From an uncultured Planctomycetota bacterium (GTDB taxonomy: Bacteria > Planctomycetota > Planctomycetia > Pirellulales > Lacipirellulaceae): DNA of 64,000 nt. The notes beneath the pieces were generated by a model. The model had not been told where the DNA came from. It ran no database searches and saw only the letters and a list, made by a program, of their open reading frames with translations. Location: positions 160,001 through 224,000 of the forward strand of contig CAVRBU010000006.1 in the NCBI GenBank assembly GCA_963719315.1. The letters run 5' to 3'. Shown here in pieces: positions 1 through 11,265 of the stretch; positions within the stretch are counted from its first letter, which is position 1; each line of letters opens with the position of its first letter. The position numbers and the translations under genes are program-made.

Positions 1-2383
1 GGTGATTTCCCACAGGTCTTGGACGGCCAGCACGCGGTAGTCGAGGCTGTCGTCCTCCAGCCAATTGATGAGTTTCACCAGAGAGCCGGATTTCATTTGC
101 TCGGCGGTTTGACCGATCTGCTCCGCGTTGTAGCCGCAGAGCATCTCGTACAAATCGGCGGCGGCCGGTTTGCCGCGCTGATCGACGAGCGCTTGAAACA
201 CCTTGCCTGCCGACTCAGGGCTGAGGGCCATCGCCACGCGAAGCGTATCGATGTGTGTCTTCCAATTCGCCTTTTGCTCGGAATCGCGAAGCGCGTCGAT
301 GAAGGGCTGGAACAAGCCGACGTGGATCGAGCTTCGCGCGACGAGCGATTTCACTTCCTTCCGGCTGCTGCCTTGATACAACTCGAGGAGCTGCGTGTCG
401 GCCGGCGCGTTCGAGACCAGCGTGCTTTCGATCACCGGTGCGCCGTAGCGTTGTTCGCTGAGCTGCACGATCGGTTCGTGGTCGATCCACTCGGGCGGCG
501 ACGCGTCTTCAGCGACTTCGGTCGCTCCGCCTTCGGCGAGCGTCCAGCGCGAGGGTTTTTCGATCACCTTGTCTCCGGCCGCATCGTGCCAGGTGATGCC
601 GCCGTCCGGTGCAAACAGCCGCGTTTCCACGGGCGCCGGCGACTGCCGCGGATCCTGGCCAGGCACATGCTTGCGTTCGACTTCGACTGCCAGCGTCGCG
701 TTGCGATTCAATCTGGCGACGCCCGTAGTGGCGCCTAATTTCAAGCGGATCTGCTTTTCGGTGTTGGACGGATTCACAAGCACCAAGCGGCCGTAGACCA
801 ATTCCAAGGAGGGGGTGACATCGGATGAGGGCGAAAAAGCAGCGGCGGCCGCGGCTTCATCGGCAATGCCCATGATGACTTGTGTCCCGCCGCCCAGGGC
901 CAGTTGTATGCCAGAGGCGAGCGCGATTCGGGGGCGAAATTCGGGGAGGGACAATACCCGCTCGCCGGGCACAATGGCCGCGCGGGGTTCTACGCGGAAC
1001 CAGGCGCCGGCTTTGTCGTCGTGACGCATCAAGACGGTCTTGCCGCCCATGTACGTTCCCGAATCGGGCGGAGCGGTTGGCACGCTCGGGGCGGAGGACG
1101 CTCCGACGCCAGGAACTCCAGTGGTGTCCGGGGTTGCGGGGTTCGTGGGCGGCGGTAGGGGGGTTGAGGCCGCAAGACTTGAAGTGGGCGGAGTCGTCGT
1201 TGTCGGAGTTGCCGAAAGCGGAGTCGTCGCCGGCAATGCTGCGGGGGGTGGAATCGCCGCGGATGTTTCGGCGGGAATGTTCGCGGTCGGCGCTTGTGGA
1301 ATCGGCAGCGATGGTACGGGCGCCGCGAGTGTCGCTGGCGGAATACCGGTCGCCGTATCCGGCGGCGTCTCAGTTGTCGGAGGCGGCGTCGCACCCGGGG
1401 TAGTAGTAGCGAGCGCTGCCAATGGGGCGGCAACGTCGTCGGTTGTGCCCGGTTGTGACGGTGATGTAGCTGCGGGCGCACTGCGCACCGCGTAGCGGTC
1501 CGAATCGTCGGGGTTATTTGAGGCAACCGCCGCGGAGGGCGCCGCCGTGAATGGCGGGATGCCCGGTGTCATTGGTTGCGGCGGTCCCGGGAGTGGCGGC
1601 GGAGACGTGTTATCGGTGGTGGCTGCGGGTATTGATTCAGCGCCGGTGTCCACCGCGAGTGGCGCGGCGTTATTGGAGTCAACAACGTCGCTTTCCGGTG
1701 CGGTGTTTGTCGGCGGCGAATTCTGAGTTGTAAGTGGTGCGAGCGGCTTGTTGCCGCCGAACCAACCGCGCAGACCAGACACGAATACGATGGCAGTGCC
1801 GATTAGTACAACGGCCGCCAATCCGATTACGGCATTGGTGGATCGCCACCAGGAGCCCGCGCAGGTACTCCGGGATTTCGACGGAGTGGGATTGCGGCGC
1901 GTGGATCGCTGGAGTGGCAATCGGTTGAACTGGAACCAAAGCAGAAGCGGCCGCGGCCGTGTGGGCCGATTCCACGCGCATGCGTTGGCGATCGTTTGCT
2001 TCGGAATCGATCGTATACATCCGCTGTCGGGCGATCGGATCGACATCGGCCGGCGCGCCGAGGACCATCGTCAGCACGTGGTGGCAGGCGGTCGCCTCGG
2101 CGAGGTGGACGTCGGACTCCAGGCAGATGCGCTCGAAGTCGCCGACTTGATCGGCCGGCATGACATTATCCAGGTATTCGGCGACGGTGTTGGGATCGAG
2201 GCCCATCCCGGTGCCGATAACTTGCGGTGCGCTCAGCCGCAGGCGGCGAACGGTGTCGCGGGTGCGGTGGACCAGCTCTTCGGCAAACTCGCTGGACTCG
2301 ATTTTCTGAGAGAGCTCTTCTTTATCGACCGGGTCCAGGACATCATCCAAATAGGCCAGCAGCGTGCGGAGTGTGAGTCGCAT
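1..2383 (-). CDS. Large conserved hypothetical protein with Pro/Ala-rich linker; frameshifted, runs off the window start
   Basis: N-terminus MRLTLRTLLAYLDD...CHHVL. After apparent indels near 1.5-1.9 kb, a long open frame (…PLGTYLGGKTVLMRHDD…LAVQDLWEIT) continues to position 1. Confidence 0.7.
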
Positions 2384-2690
2384 GATTGGTTTCTCGAACG
2401 TGGTGGCGATAGATAGCCGACCCCTTTGGGGTCGGACGCCCGGCCGGAACGGCCGGGCTATCTACCCTGTTAGTGGCGGGAAGCCGTGGTGGCCGTGCAA
2501 GAAAATCAGAAATGCGGGCAATTAGCTAAAAAGCCGGTGTTACTGGTGCCAGCAACTTCTACGAAAACGGCAAGATTCAGGAGTGTGAGAGCGGGGCGCC
2601 AGCTTGGCCACAAAATAGGTGCCGAGCCGGATTCTTTGCGATCTTCCGAGAATCCTGTGTGATCGGGCGTTGCCGTGGACACTACAGTGT

Positions 2691-3239
2691 ATGAGCAGGA
2701 TCGACATGGACTTAACTGCACTCCTAAACAATTACCGAGGACCACTTATTGGGCTTATTGCCTCATGGGGCGCCCCATGGGGGGACGCCATTGAAATCGC
2801 CCAGGACAGTTTTTCCGACGCATGGTTGAAGCGTGAATCGTGCCGCGGCGACTGGAGCGATCCCGAAGTTTTTGGACGCTGGTTGCGCGGCGTAGCGCTC
2901 AATCGGTATCGCAATTGGTTGCGGAATCGTTGGCGCAATCAACTGCGTGTCGTCACGCTGGCGCCGGCCGATCTAGAACTTGTCAACGCTGCACCCGATC
3001 CCGATCCATCTCCACAGTTGGAAGCATTGCGGTCCGCCATTGAACGATTGCCGGGCAAGCAGCGCCAAGTCGTGTTGATGCACTACCTCGAAGAAACCAG
3101 CGTTAAGAATGTTGCGGCGTTATTGTCGGTCACTGCAAAGACGGTCGAAGGTCGGCTCTACCAAGCCCGCCGGGCGCTCCACCGCATGCTGGGCGATCCT
3201 TCCACGTCCAAAATTGGAATGTTGCTGCTATGTCTGTAA
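2691..3239 (+). CDS. ECF-type RNA polymerase sigma factor
   Basis: Region 2 (AQDSF…WLRGVALN) and region 4 (LPGKQRQVVLMHYLEE…VAALL…TVEGRLYQARRAL). Confidence 0.9.
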   Translation: MSRIDMDLTALLNNYRGPLIGLIASWGAPWGDAIEIAQDSFSDAWLKRESCRGDWSDPEVFGRWLRGVALNRYRNWLRNRWRNQLRVVTLAPADLELVNAAPDPDPSPQLEALRSAIERLPGKQRQVVLMHYLEETSVKNVAALLSVTAKTVEGRLYQARRALHRMLGDPSTSKIGMLLLCL

Positions 3240-5053
3240 CTTTAATTCCAGAAGACGATCTGCGTGCCGCACTGCGTCCGTTTCGTGTTGATCCAGCCAC
3301 GTTCGGAGATGCCGTCCTCGCTCGGTTAGTCGCTGGTCCACAGCAAGAAGAGAACGATTTCGCTAACCTCTCGCCGATGCTGCGCGGCGCTGCGGCGTTC
3401 TTGCCGTTGGGAATCATCGCGCCAGGCCAGGCGCCCGGCGGTGCGGCCAAGCTGGCCCCAGCAACCGGCGTCTACAAACTCCTGGGCTATGTAGCTTTCC
3501 CAGCGATCAGCTTATTCGTAATGCTTGGGGCCGCCATTTTCAGCGTTGTCAGAATTCGAAACATTCACGATGAGAATGATTCTGAACCATCAGAACCGAT
3601 TGACAAGGAAGCATTGTTCGCGAGCACCAAGCAATGGTGGCACAGCAACAGGTTGGGCGCACTGCTGGTATTTACTGCTACCCTGGGCATGTCCTGGATT
3701 GGCGCGACTTGGTTGCTGTTCCTTTTCTACATCGTTTCGTTTGGAATCTTGCTCTATGTGCTAACGAGCTTTGCCAAAATAGGTTTAGGGAATCGGCTCG
3801 TGATCGGCCAATCTTGTGTGACGGGCTTGGCCTTGCTCGGGCAGGTGGCCGGGTTCCCAGGAATTGGCGACCAAGACATTCACGTTCTCGATCAGTCGCT
3901 GATCGTGCCCCTGTTTTTCTGCGGTTCATTCGTGATTCTCCTCGTCGTCATCAGTTCGACGATTAGCAGCGCTTCACGAATTGCCGAACGAAGCAAAATA
4001 GCGCTTAAAGTCGTGAATGCCGGCCTGTTCGCCGCCATCCTTGTTCTTTTGACGATTTGGTACATGTGGCCGATTCTTCGGCCAGCCACACCGGCGCGCA
4101 TCAAAGACTACGTCGAGTCTTTTGACCACGCCGAATTCTCCAGCTCCAGTTGGCAACAGTGGGAAATTCCGGCGAGTTGGGCCGTCGAATCAAAACTGAA
4201 CCCCGATCTTTCTGCCCCCAAACGATTGCTGGACGCAGAGTTGGCGGATGAACAGAACCGGGTCATTCCGTTCATTCTCGGGAGCGCCTTCCGAGTGGGA
4301 CTCGTGCAGCCCGATCAGATTAATCAGCTAAAAGACTATGAGAAGCAGCGACATTATCTTTTCGATGATCCATCCCGCGTTCTGGCGACACGAGGAATCT
4401 CTAGCCTAGAACAGACCGATTGGGTAATCCGTGCCGCCGTTTTACGCAACGATTTAACCGTTGAAGAAAGAGATTATTTAGAGAAGCGGCTCCACGCCTC
4501 GTTGGAGGAAGTTTTCACCAGCAAGATCACAACCCTGGAAGAACCGCTTCGAGCAACGCAGCTGCTAGAAGTCATCGGACGCCCGGTCGATCCCGAACAG
4601 TATCGTGATCGGATACATGAGTTGCTGAGGGCGTTTCACTGTAAGAACGGCGGCGGATTTCAAGTTGCTGGCGGCTTTAAGGACTACAACACGAAAGACT
4701 TGAGCGTCGGATCGCTAAGAGCAACTTCGTGGGCCGTCGAACTCATGGCGTATTACGGGATCCCCAGCGACCTCAACATCGACTGGGTTCGCTCCTACCT
4801 GCGGCCGCTGTTCCTCCGATTCTCGCCTGAAAAATGGATGGCCGCAGTCACGCTTGACCGTCTGAATCGATTGCCCGGCGTGACGCATCCGACCTGGCTG
4901 GAGGCTATGTACTACGAACGTAGTCTACTTGCAGCCGCGGTTCTGGTTGGACTTTGCATTTACGCGACGCTGTCGTCACCCATGCCTAATGCCGTAGGCG
5001 CCACGGATGGAACATACCAAGCAGAATCCTTGTATGGCGACGGTCCGGTTTAA
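3230..5053 (+). CDS. Multi-pass membrane protein, possible anti-sigma or sensor
   Basis: 607 aa ORF overlapping the sigma stop; several hydrophobic helices plus a large soluble domain. Confidence 0.7.
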   Translation: MSVTLIPEDDLRAALRPFRVDPATFGDAVLARLVAGPQQEENDFANLSPMLRGAAAFLPLGIIAPGQAPGGAAKLAPATGVYKLLGYVAFPAISLFVMLGAAIFSVVRIRNIHDENDSEPSEPIDKEALFASTKQWWHSNRLGALLVFTATLGMSWIGATWLLFLFYIVSFGILLYVLTSFAKIGLGNRLVIGQSCVTGLALLGQVAGFPGIGDQDIHVLDQSLIVPLFFCGSFVILLVVISSTISSASRIAERSKIALKVVNAGLFAAILVLLTIWYMWPILRPATPARIKDYVESFDHAEFSSSSWQQWEIPASWAVESKLNPDLSAPKRLLDAELADEQNRVIPFILGSAFRVGLVQPDQINQLKDYEKQRHYLFDDPSRVLATRGISSLEQTDWVIRAAVLRNDLTVEERDYLEKRLHASLEEVFTSKITTLEEPLRATQLLEVIGRPVDPEQYRDRIHELLRAFHCKNGGGFQVAGGFKDYNTKDLSVGSLRATSWAVELMAYYGIPSDLNIDWVRSYLRPLFLRFSPEKWMAAVTLDRLNRLPGVTHPTWLEAMYYERSLLAAAVLVGLCIYATLSSPMPNAVGATDGTYQAESLYGDGPV

Positions 5054-5169
5054 CCGGCGTTTCTTGACCGCTCCCCTAGCCTAACCCTGGTCAGTGTGTT
5101 TGCTCCGGCAGTCACAACAACAGACTCCGGCAAAAACGGGGCGAAAACTAGGGGCTTCCCTCATAAGAG

Positions 5170-5425
5170 CTATTCGTCGTCGCGGCGGAACGTGGCCAGG
5201 GCCAATACGGATGCCAGCCCTTGCCCAAGGGCCACTACGATTGGGTGAAGTTGCGGAGCTTGCACCGGCGGGACCAGCCAAGAACCGGGGTGCTCCCAAC
5301 CATCGGCGGTGCGGACCCATGTGAGCGTGGGCTGACTCTGCGCCGGAGTCGACCGCGCTTTCCAGGCGGCACGACAGCGTCGCAGCGCCGAGGAGTAGCA
5401 GCGTGATGCCAATGATGACACGCAT
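5170..5425 (-). CDS. Small membrane/exported hypothetical protein (frameshifted)
   Basis: MRVIIGITLLLLG… joins in another frame to …WVRTADGWE…LHPIVVALGQ. Confidence 0.5.
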
Positions 5426-5978
5426 GAGAAGTGCGGACGACGTGGCGGGCGGTTGCCGGGGGGCGACCGACCGGCGCGATTGGTGGGGTTGAAATGCCGA
5501 TGAGCTCGGCCGCTGCGCTAACGGTCGAGGAGGGAGCCGGTGGGGCGGTCCCCACGGCACGTATTGCAACGCCGATGCCACGAATGCGGCGCTCGGTCTC
5601 TCGATTGCTCAGAAGGGCCTGAAGATGCTCGACTTACGTCGAGACGTTGCCGGCTTCACGGGTATCACACGGGTCGCGGTGTTGTGATTCGGCAACATGG
5701 CGGGCAGCCGGATGTTGCGGCAAATCAACTGTCTACTTCACGGCGAAAAACACCGACCACGCCAGCCGAGGCCGCGCCCGCAGAGTCTCCGTCGTCGGTT
5801 CCACCCGTGTGCGTGGCCGGTCTTTCCCGACACGCGCTTGTGGATGTGCACAACAAGTATTCGTCTGCTTTTTTTGGCGAATCATTTGGCGTTGCCGAAC
5901 TGGTGAGTACAATTCAGGTAGAAGTGTTACGAAACACTTTCCTCATCAGGCGCGTGACAATTCGACGGAACTTTTGGC

Positions 5979-6489
5979 GTGACACGCAACCGAATTCTAT
6001 TGGGCCGGGCGATCGAAGAAGCCGAGGGGTACACCGAACTCGGCATGCTGGAGCACGCCCTCCTGCGCTGCAACGGCGCGGGTCGTTGGTCCATGGCAAC
6101 GGCAAGGCCTGTTACCTGCTGGGCGAAGCGCTCCGCGAACTTTCGCGCTATGAAGAGGCGCTATTGCCGCTGGAGCGCAGCGCGGATCTGATGCCGGACG
6201 ATATTCACGTTCTGCTCGCGCTCGGTTGGTGCTACAAACGCACGGGCCAATTGGCCAAGGCGATCGAGGCGCTGGAGCGGGCCGTGCGAGTCGACGCCGG
6301 TGAGGCCGTGCTGCACTACAATCTGGCCTGCTATTGGAGCTTGGCGCGGAACCGGACGTTGGCGCTGCGATTCCTGCGCGGGCGCTGGAGCTCGATGCCA
6401 ATTATCGAGACATCGTCGCGGACGAGCCGGACTTCAACCCGCTCCGCAACGACTCCGCGTTCATCGCGCTTACGAGCGTGATTGTTTGA
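5979..6489 (+). CDS. TPR-repeat protein (two apparent frameshifts)
   Basis: AEGYTELGM…; TPR helices YLLGEALR, LALGWCYKR, YNLACY; C-terminus EPDFNPLR…TSVIV*. Confidence 0.75.
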
Positions 6490-6783
6490 AATCGTGGATC
6501 GTGGCAGGCAGCGCGCGCGATCGCGGGCCGCCTCCCTCAGGGCCGATCAGTTATCGAATGTAGGGTGGGGCGAGTCTGCGCAACTCGCCGTTTTTGCTCG
6601 GTCGAGGTACAGTTTGCAGAAAAAGTGCAGTCCTCTCGCTCCGCGCGAGGAAATTGCGTCTCGCGGAGAGCGAGGCGCCTACATTAAACTGTACCACTCC
6701 GCCTTCCACTTCATCTCATCTTTGCTCGACGAATTGATGGCCGATATAATAAGGGGCGCGTCCTTTCGATGTGGGAGCAACTC

Positions 6784-7062
6784 ATGGCTGAACTTCAAAT
6801 CAACCTGCCGGATTCGATCGGTGAATACGGCGACGCTCAAGTGGCTTGCGGCCGTTTTCCGACCATCAACGACTATTTAGGCGCGTTGGTCAGTGCCGAC
6901 GAGCAAGCACAAAAAGTGGTTGTGCATCTCAACGAGAATCCGCAGTTGGCGGCGCTCCTCCAATCAAGTCTGGATGGTGGAGAGGGGCGTAGCTGGTCGC
7001 CTGCCGTGCTTAGGGAGTTGAAGCAACAAGTTTTTGACCGTGCCGCAGGAAACAAGATGTGA
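6784..7062 (+). CDS. ParD-like ribbon-helix-helix antitoxin
   Basis: MAELQINLPD…QVACGRF..INDYL pattern; followed by a toxin-like ORF via a GTGA overlap. Confidence 0.65.
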   Translation: MAELQINLPDSIGEYGDAQVACGRFPTINDYLGALVSADEQAQKVVVHLNENPQLAALLQSSLDGGEGRSWSPAVLRELKQQVFDRAAGNKM

Positions 7063-7232
7063 CGAGGCCGGTTCGATTACGAAGCGTCGCCGAAAGCGAT
7101 ATCGCGGCGCACGCGCGGTTTCTGCAAGATAAAAGCAGTGATGTCGCGATTCATTTCCTCGATGCATTCGACGCCGCGCTGACCATCCTGCAGCGCTCGC
7201 CCACGGTTATTGTCGCTGCAACCGTGGGCTAG
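7059..7232 (+). pseudogene. Truncated ParE/RelE-family toxin
   Basis: My translation: MTRPVRLRSVAESDIAAHARFLQDKSSDVAIHFLDAFDAALTILQRSP…*, 57 aa; only the N-terminal half of a ParE-like protein. Confidence 0.6.
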
Positions 7233-7301
7233 CGCCCTGCGGCTAATATCCTTCTGGCTAACAGCTAACAGCTTATGGCTAATAGCTACTTGCTCTGCTT
7301 C

Positions 7302-8108
7302 TCATTGGTTGGCCAGCGCTCCACCCGCTACTGGTTGTGGAACAATTGCGCGGGTCGCGGCGACGTTGGCGGCGACCGTGGTGGCCGTGTATTTCAGGCC
7401 CATCAGGAATCGCTGCGAGGCCATGTACTCGTCGCGGGGCAGCAAGCTGATTTCGCGTCGCAGTGCCTCGGACCACCGATCGACGGCGCGGGCGATCTCG
7501 GTGGCCGTTTCGGCCTGCGGATCGGCGTATGCGAATTGTTGCTGATAGAGCTGCTCGATCTGGGCCCGTTGCTGCACGAATCTATCGGAAGTCAGGGCAG
7601 CCGGCCAGTAAATCGCGCCGGTGATCCTATCCAGTTCGGCGGACGAAAGTTGGTAGGCCTGCCGGTAGACCGTGGCTGCGCGTTGGTCGGCGAGCTGCCG
7701 GCCGGCGGCGAGTTGGGCATTGCGTGCTTGTCGAGCTTGGATGCGGGCGACCTCCCACATCTTTTTCTGCGTCAGCAGCGCTTCGGTTTGCTTGAGATCG
7801 TTTTCGCGGTCTAACCAGCGGGCTTGTTGCCGCAAGATTTGGGCCTGGCTCTCACTGAGTTGGAAGTTGCCCCAGGCTTGAATCACCGCAGCTTTGCCGC
7901 GCAAAAAACCTTCGGCGGCCGTCGAGGAATGATCTTGTGCAAAGCCGAATTCGACCGGATACGGACTAACTGGTTGGTGAAACGGTCCGGGCGGATTGGA
8001 GCTGTAATTCTCCGGCGATTGACCAACACTCGTGGTGGCGATCGCCAAGGTGGCCAGCGAAGCTGCCAGTGCCAAAACGCATCGATTTGTGGAAAAAGTA
8101 AGAGACAT
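7302..8108 (-). CDS. Secreted hypothetical protein
   Basis: 268 aa with a signal peptide and helical HSSTAAEGFLRG region. Confidence 0.75.
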   Translation of the reverse strand: MSLTFSTNRCVLALAASLATLAIATTSVGQSPENYSSNPPGPFHQPVSPYPVEFGFAQDHSSTAAEGFLRGKAAVIQAWGNFQLSESQAQILRQQARWLDRENDLKQTEALLTQKKMWEVARIQARQARNAQLAAGRQLADQRAATVYRQAYQLSSAELDRITGAIYWPAALTSDRFVQQRAQIEQLYQQQFAYADPQAETATEIARAVDRWSEALRREISLLPRDEYMASQRFLMGLKYTATTVAANVAATRAIVPQPVAGGALANQ

Positions 8109-8340
8109 GATGGTTCAACCTCCTGAAAAAGGGCGGGGTTCTATCCATCAGCTCTTACGGGCCAGTCGGCGGCTGTTACAGCCAGGCCCAATCAAAGTTT
8201 CCAGCAGCGGCATTTGTAGGGTGAGCCGAGTCCGCGAGACCCACCGATAAGCCTAGATTCCTGCTGAGATCGTTTGAAGTATTTCTTGGATTTCTCCGTG
8301 TTCTCCGTGCCTCCGTGGTAATTCTTGTGAGAAATGCGGG

Positions 8341-9081
8341 TTACGCGGCGTAACCGCCGTCGACCAGGAACGTAGCGCCCGTGACGTAGCTCGCGGCGTC
8401 GCTCGCGAGGTGGGCGACCATGGCGGCGATATCGTCGCCTGTGCCGTAGCGGCCGAGCGCGGTGAGGGCCCGCTGCATATCGGCCCCGTCGCCACTCGCC
8501 GGATTCATGTCGGTGTCGATCGGGCCCGGCGCGACGACATTGACCGTGATCCCGCGCGAACCGAAGTCGCGGGCCAAACCGCGCGTCAGGCCGGCGACGG
8601 CCGCCTTGGTCATCGAGTAGAGCGTAATGCCGGGCCCGGCCACCCGCTCGGCAACGCAGCTTCCAACCGTGATGATGCGGCCGCCTTTCTGCATGTGCCG
8701 GCTCGCGGCCTGAATGGCGACGATCGGAGCCTTCACGTTGACGGCCCACAGGCGTTCCAGGTCCTCGGGCGACGTGTCGTCGAACTTCGCCGCGATAAAG
8801 ATGCCGGCGTTGTTCACCAGGATATCGAGCCGGCCAAGTTCGGCGGCCACCTTATCGACGGCGGCTTTCACCGCGCCGGCGTCGGCGCTATCGGCTTGAA
8901 TGGCCAGCCCGCGGCGGCCCAACTTTTCGATCTCGGCCACGACCGCGCGAGCTTTGTCCGGGGAACGGTTGTAAGTGATGGCGACATCCGCGCCGTCGCC
9001 GGCGAGCCGCCGCGCGATGGCGGCGCCAATGCCGCGGCTGGCACCGGTGACTAAGGCGACTTTGCCTTGGAGCGAGGACAT
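8341..9081 (-). CDS. Short-chain dehydrogenase/reductase
   Basis: TGASRGIG, NNAG, YSMTK and PGPIDT motifs. Confidence 0.95.
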   Translation of the reverse strand: MSSLQGKVALVTGASRGIGAAIARRLAGDGADVAITYNRSPDKARAVVAEIEKLGRRGLAIQADSADAGAVKAAVDKVAAELGRLDILVNNAGIFIAAKFDDTSPEDLERLWAVNVKAPIVAIQAASRHMQKGGRIITVGSCVAERVAGPGITLYSMTKAAVAGLTRGLARDFGSRGITVNVVAPGPIDTDMNPASGDGADMQRALTALGRYGTGDDIAAMVAHLASDAASYVTGATFLVDGGYAA

Positions 9082-9248
9082 GGAATGTTCCTTTGTGGTC
9101 GTGTTAAGCCTGTTGAAGAGTTGCAAGTGAAAACAAAGGCGTCGGGAACTGAATCTGGATTCGGTTCCTTACACCTATTTCCTTTTTCCCTCCACCTTTT
9201 TCCCTCCGAGTGTCACCCATCACTATATCGTTTGGATTTGCGTTCCGT

Positions 9249-9485
9249 TTACTTCTTACCCTCGCTTGGAAGCAGTTGTGTTACTTTGGATTTCAAGTCG
9301 TCGAGCGTCGTCGCGGCTAACTGCTTTATGACTCCCCCATCACGATCGCTCACCAACAACTTAAATCCGGACGGATCGTTGCCGGTGAATGAAGTATGGC
9401 CTGCCGAATTGGGTGTCAACTTAATGTTTGCTGCTTGGGGCCACACTTTTCGTGCAATTGATACAATCTCTTCGCTACTTGCCAT
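9249..9485 (-). CDS. Small hypothetical protein
   Basis: 78 aa ORF with AGGAG RBS, in a lower-GC segment. Confidence 0.55.
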   Translation of the reverse strand: MASSEEIVSIARKVWPQAANIKLTPNSAGHTSFTGNDPSGFKLLVSDRDGGVIKQLAATTLDDLKSKVTQLLPSEGKK

Positions 9486-9831
9486 CGCATGTTCTCCTGT
9501 TATTTGCGGTTGAAAGGCCGATCGACATACTAAAACTTCGGCTGACGTGATTCTAGCTCATTGGCCAGTCTATTCCGTTTCTCAGTGTAGGTTCAACTTC
9601 TCGCCCATATAGTGATTTGGAGTAGCGTATGTAAGCGTACTTTCGATCTCTGTCGATTAAATCGAATTTGATAACTAAGGCCATGGCGACCACCAAACGA
9701 AAGCTCGGGAGGGAATCTACTCTGGATCGTCAACTATCTATCGTTTTCTGCTTGCAAATCCCGTTGGTCGATGTCTAATCACAGAGTGTGGATTTCCTCA
9801 CGTTTTTGTGGCTAATAGGAGCTCGAATGGT

Positions 9832-10527
9832 ATGAAGAAGTGGCTCCCAATCATTATTATTTGCCTGATTGTGCTCAGCCTAAAAGTCCCTGGGTACATA
9901 ATGAAGAAGAGTGTGGAACGGTCGTTGGCAGAATTGCAAGTCCCAACCAAACCTCCAGCACCGATTGCGAGCAAGACGGCAGAATTACCAGTCGCATCCA
10001 AACCCATTCCTTGGGTCGCGAGGTCGCTGGCAAAACTACCAGTCGCATCCAATCCTCTGCCGCCAGATGCGGGAAAGACGTATGAGAATTCTGCCAACGG
10101 TTTCTCGATTGTCTTCCCGCAAGATTGGACTGTCAAAGAGCCCTTGCTTAATGGCGCGATCGTCATCAAAGCCATTCGTTCGGGGGATGATCATAAACTG
10201 GCAACCTTGAATATTAAAAAGCACCAAATTGACTCGTCGGTTGACTTTAGATCTATAACACCCCAGCAGCTTTTCGACGAAAACTGCGCAAATGAGGGAC
10301 CACTTCTAGACTCCGCAACCGAAAACGTGAATGGACGCATCGCCACCTGGTTTGAAACTAAGTATACGATTTTTGGCTTTCAGTCTTACGCTGTTACATT
10401 CGTACTGGAAAACGATGGCACTATTTTCTGCCTCCAAGGGATCATTGTCACGGAAGACCCCGCGTGGATCGATGCCAACGCCCTTAACATTCTTCAATCC
10501 ATTCGTTCTTTCAAGTTCACCAAGTAA
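9832..10527 (+). CDS. Membrane-anchored protein, PsbP/DcrB-like domain
   Basis: N-terminal helix, duplicated LPVAS(K/N)P linker, GFSIVFPQDW…ILQSIRSFKF. Confidence 0.6.
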   Translation: MKKWLPIIIICLIVLSLKVPGYIMKKSVERSLAELQVPTKPPAPIASKTAELPVASKPIPWVARSLAKLPVASNPLPPDAGKTYENSANGFSIVFPQDWTVKEPLLNGAIVIKAIRSGDDHKLATLNIKKHQIDSSVDFRSITPQQLFDENCANEGPLLDSATENVNGRIATWFETKYTIFGFQSYAVTFVLENDGTIFCLQGIIVTEDPAWIDANALNILQSIRSFKFTK

Positions 10528-10539
10528 TGTAGGTCTGCG

Positions 10540-10776
10540 ATGGCGATCAACTGGGAGAAAAGGGAAGCGGGCCTCAGATGGGGATTCGGATGTGGGATCG
10601 CTTTTTTTATTTATCAAGCATTCATGGAGGAACGCATGTTCCAAGGGACGAATCCCCTGTGGCAAGATGTCCTCCTATCTACGATCTGCATTGGAACGCC
10701 TATCCTCGCCGTCTTTCTTTTTTACTGGCCGAAACAGAAGCGTACGCAGGAATCAGCCAAGTCGGAAAAAGATTAA
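10540..10776 (+). CDS. Small two-TM membrane protein
   Basis: 78 aa ORF directly after the previous gene, two hydrophobic segments. Confidence 0.5.
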   Translation: MAINWEKREAGLRWGFGCGIAFFIYQAFMEERMFQGTNPLWQDVLLSTICIGTPILAVFLFYWPKQKRTQESAKSEKD

Positions 10777-10878
10777 TAGGCAATCGAATCACTCGATTGT
10801 AAATACCCACTGCTCCTTGATCCATTCCGCCCAGGGTTTCGATACGCCAGAGAAAACAGGCAACTCAAAGGCGTCGGC

Positions 10879-10907
10879 AACCGAATCCGATGATGCCCCG
10901 CGTCATC
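10879..10907. repeat. 29-bp direct repeat, copy 1 (copy 2 at 12395-12423)
   Basis: AACCGAATCCGATGATGCCCCGCGTCATC is identical at both sites; each is followed by ACCGGCCAAAAA. Confidence 0.9.
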
Positions 10908-10929
10908 CCTTCTTGCTTACCGGCCAAAA

Positions 10930-11046
10930 AGAATAAATTAAAGGGGACGAATAAATTAAAGGGGACGGGAGTCATTGTTGCATGATTTGACTCCCGTCCC
11001 CTTTGTGCGCCCCTTTGTGCGCCCCGTCCCCTTTGTGCGCCCCAAA
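10930..11046. repeat. Palindrome with tandemly duplicated arms
   Basis: AATAAATTAAAGGGGACG x2; AAAGGGGACGGGAGTCA…TGACTCCCGTCCCCTTT inverted repeat; CCCCTTTGTGCG x3. Confidence 0.85.
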
Positions 11047-11265
11047 GGGCTGCTGCTGTCGGGCAGTCTATCTCAGAACCCTTAGATAATGCATTTACTT
11101 TATGGACGACGCGCGGCGCCAAGAATCATTGCTTGCGCCGCGGGCCTTGATCGTCTTTTTCGGGTGCCCTCAATTATTCGGGTGTTGTGCGGCGGCTGCA
11201 AGCATCGTTAAGGCTTACACAAGAATTACAGGGTCAAACGAATCAACCTAATTCGCTCTGATTTC

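Noticed and set aside
10930..11046. Short repeats as a CRISPR array
   Set aside because: Units are adjacent or irregular with no unique ~30-bp spacers, and no cas genes are present.
11120..11215. attC-like palindrome ending in GTTAAGG
   Set aside because: It lacks a matching RYYYAAC left end; treated as an unclassified hairpin.
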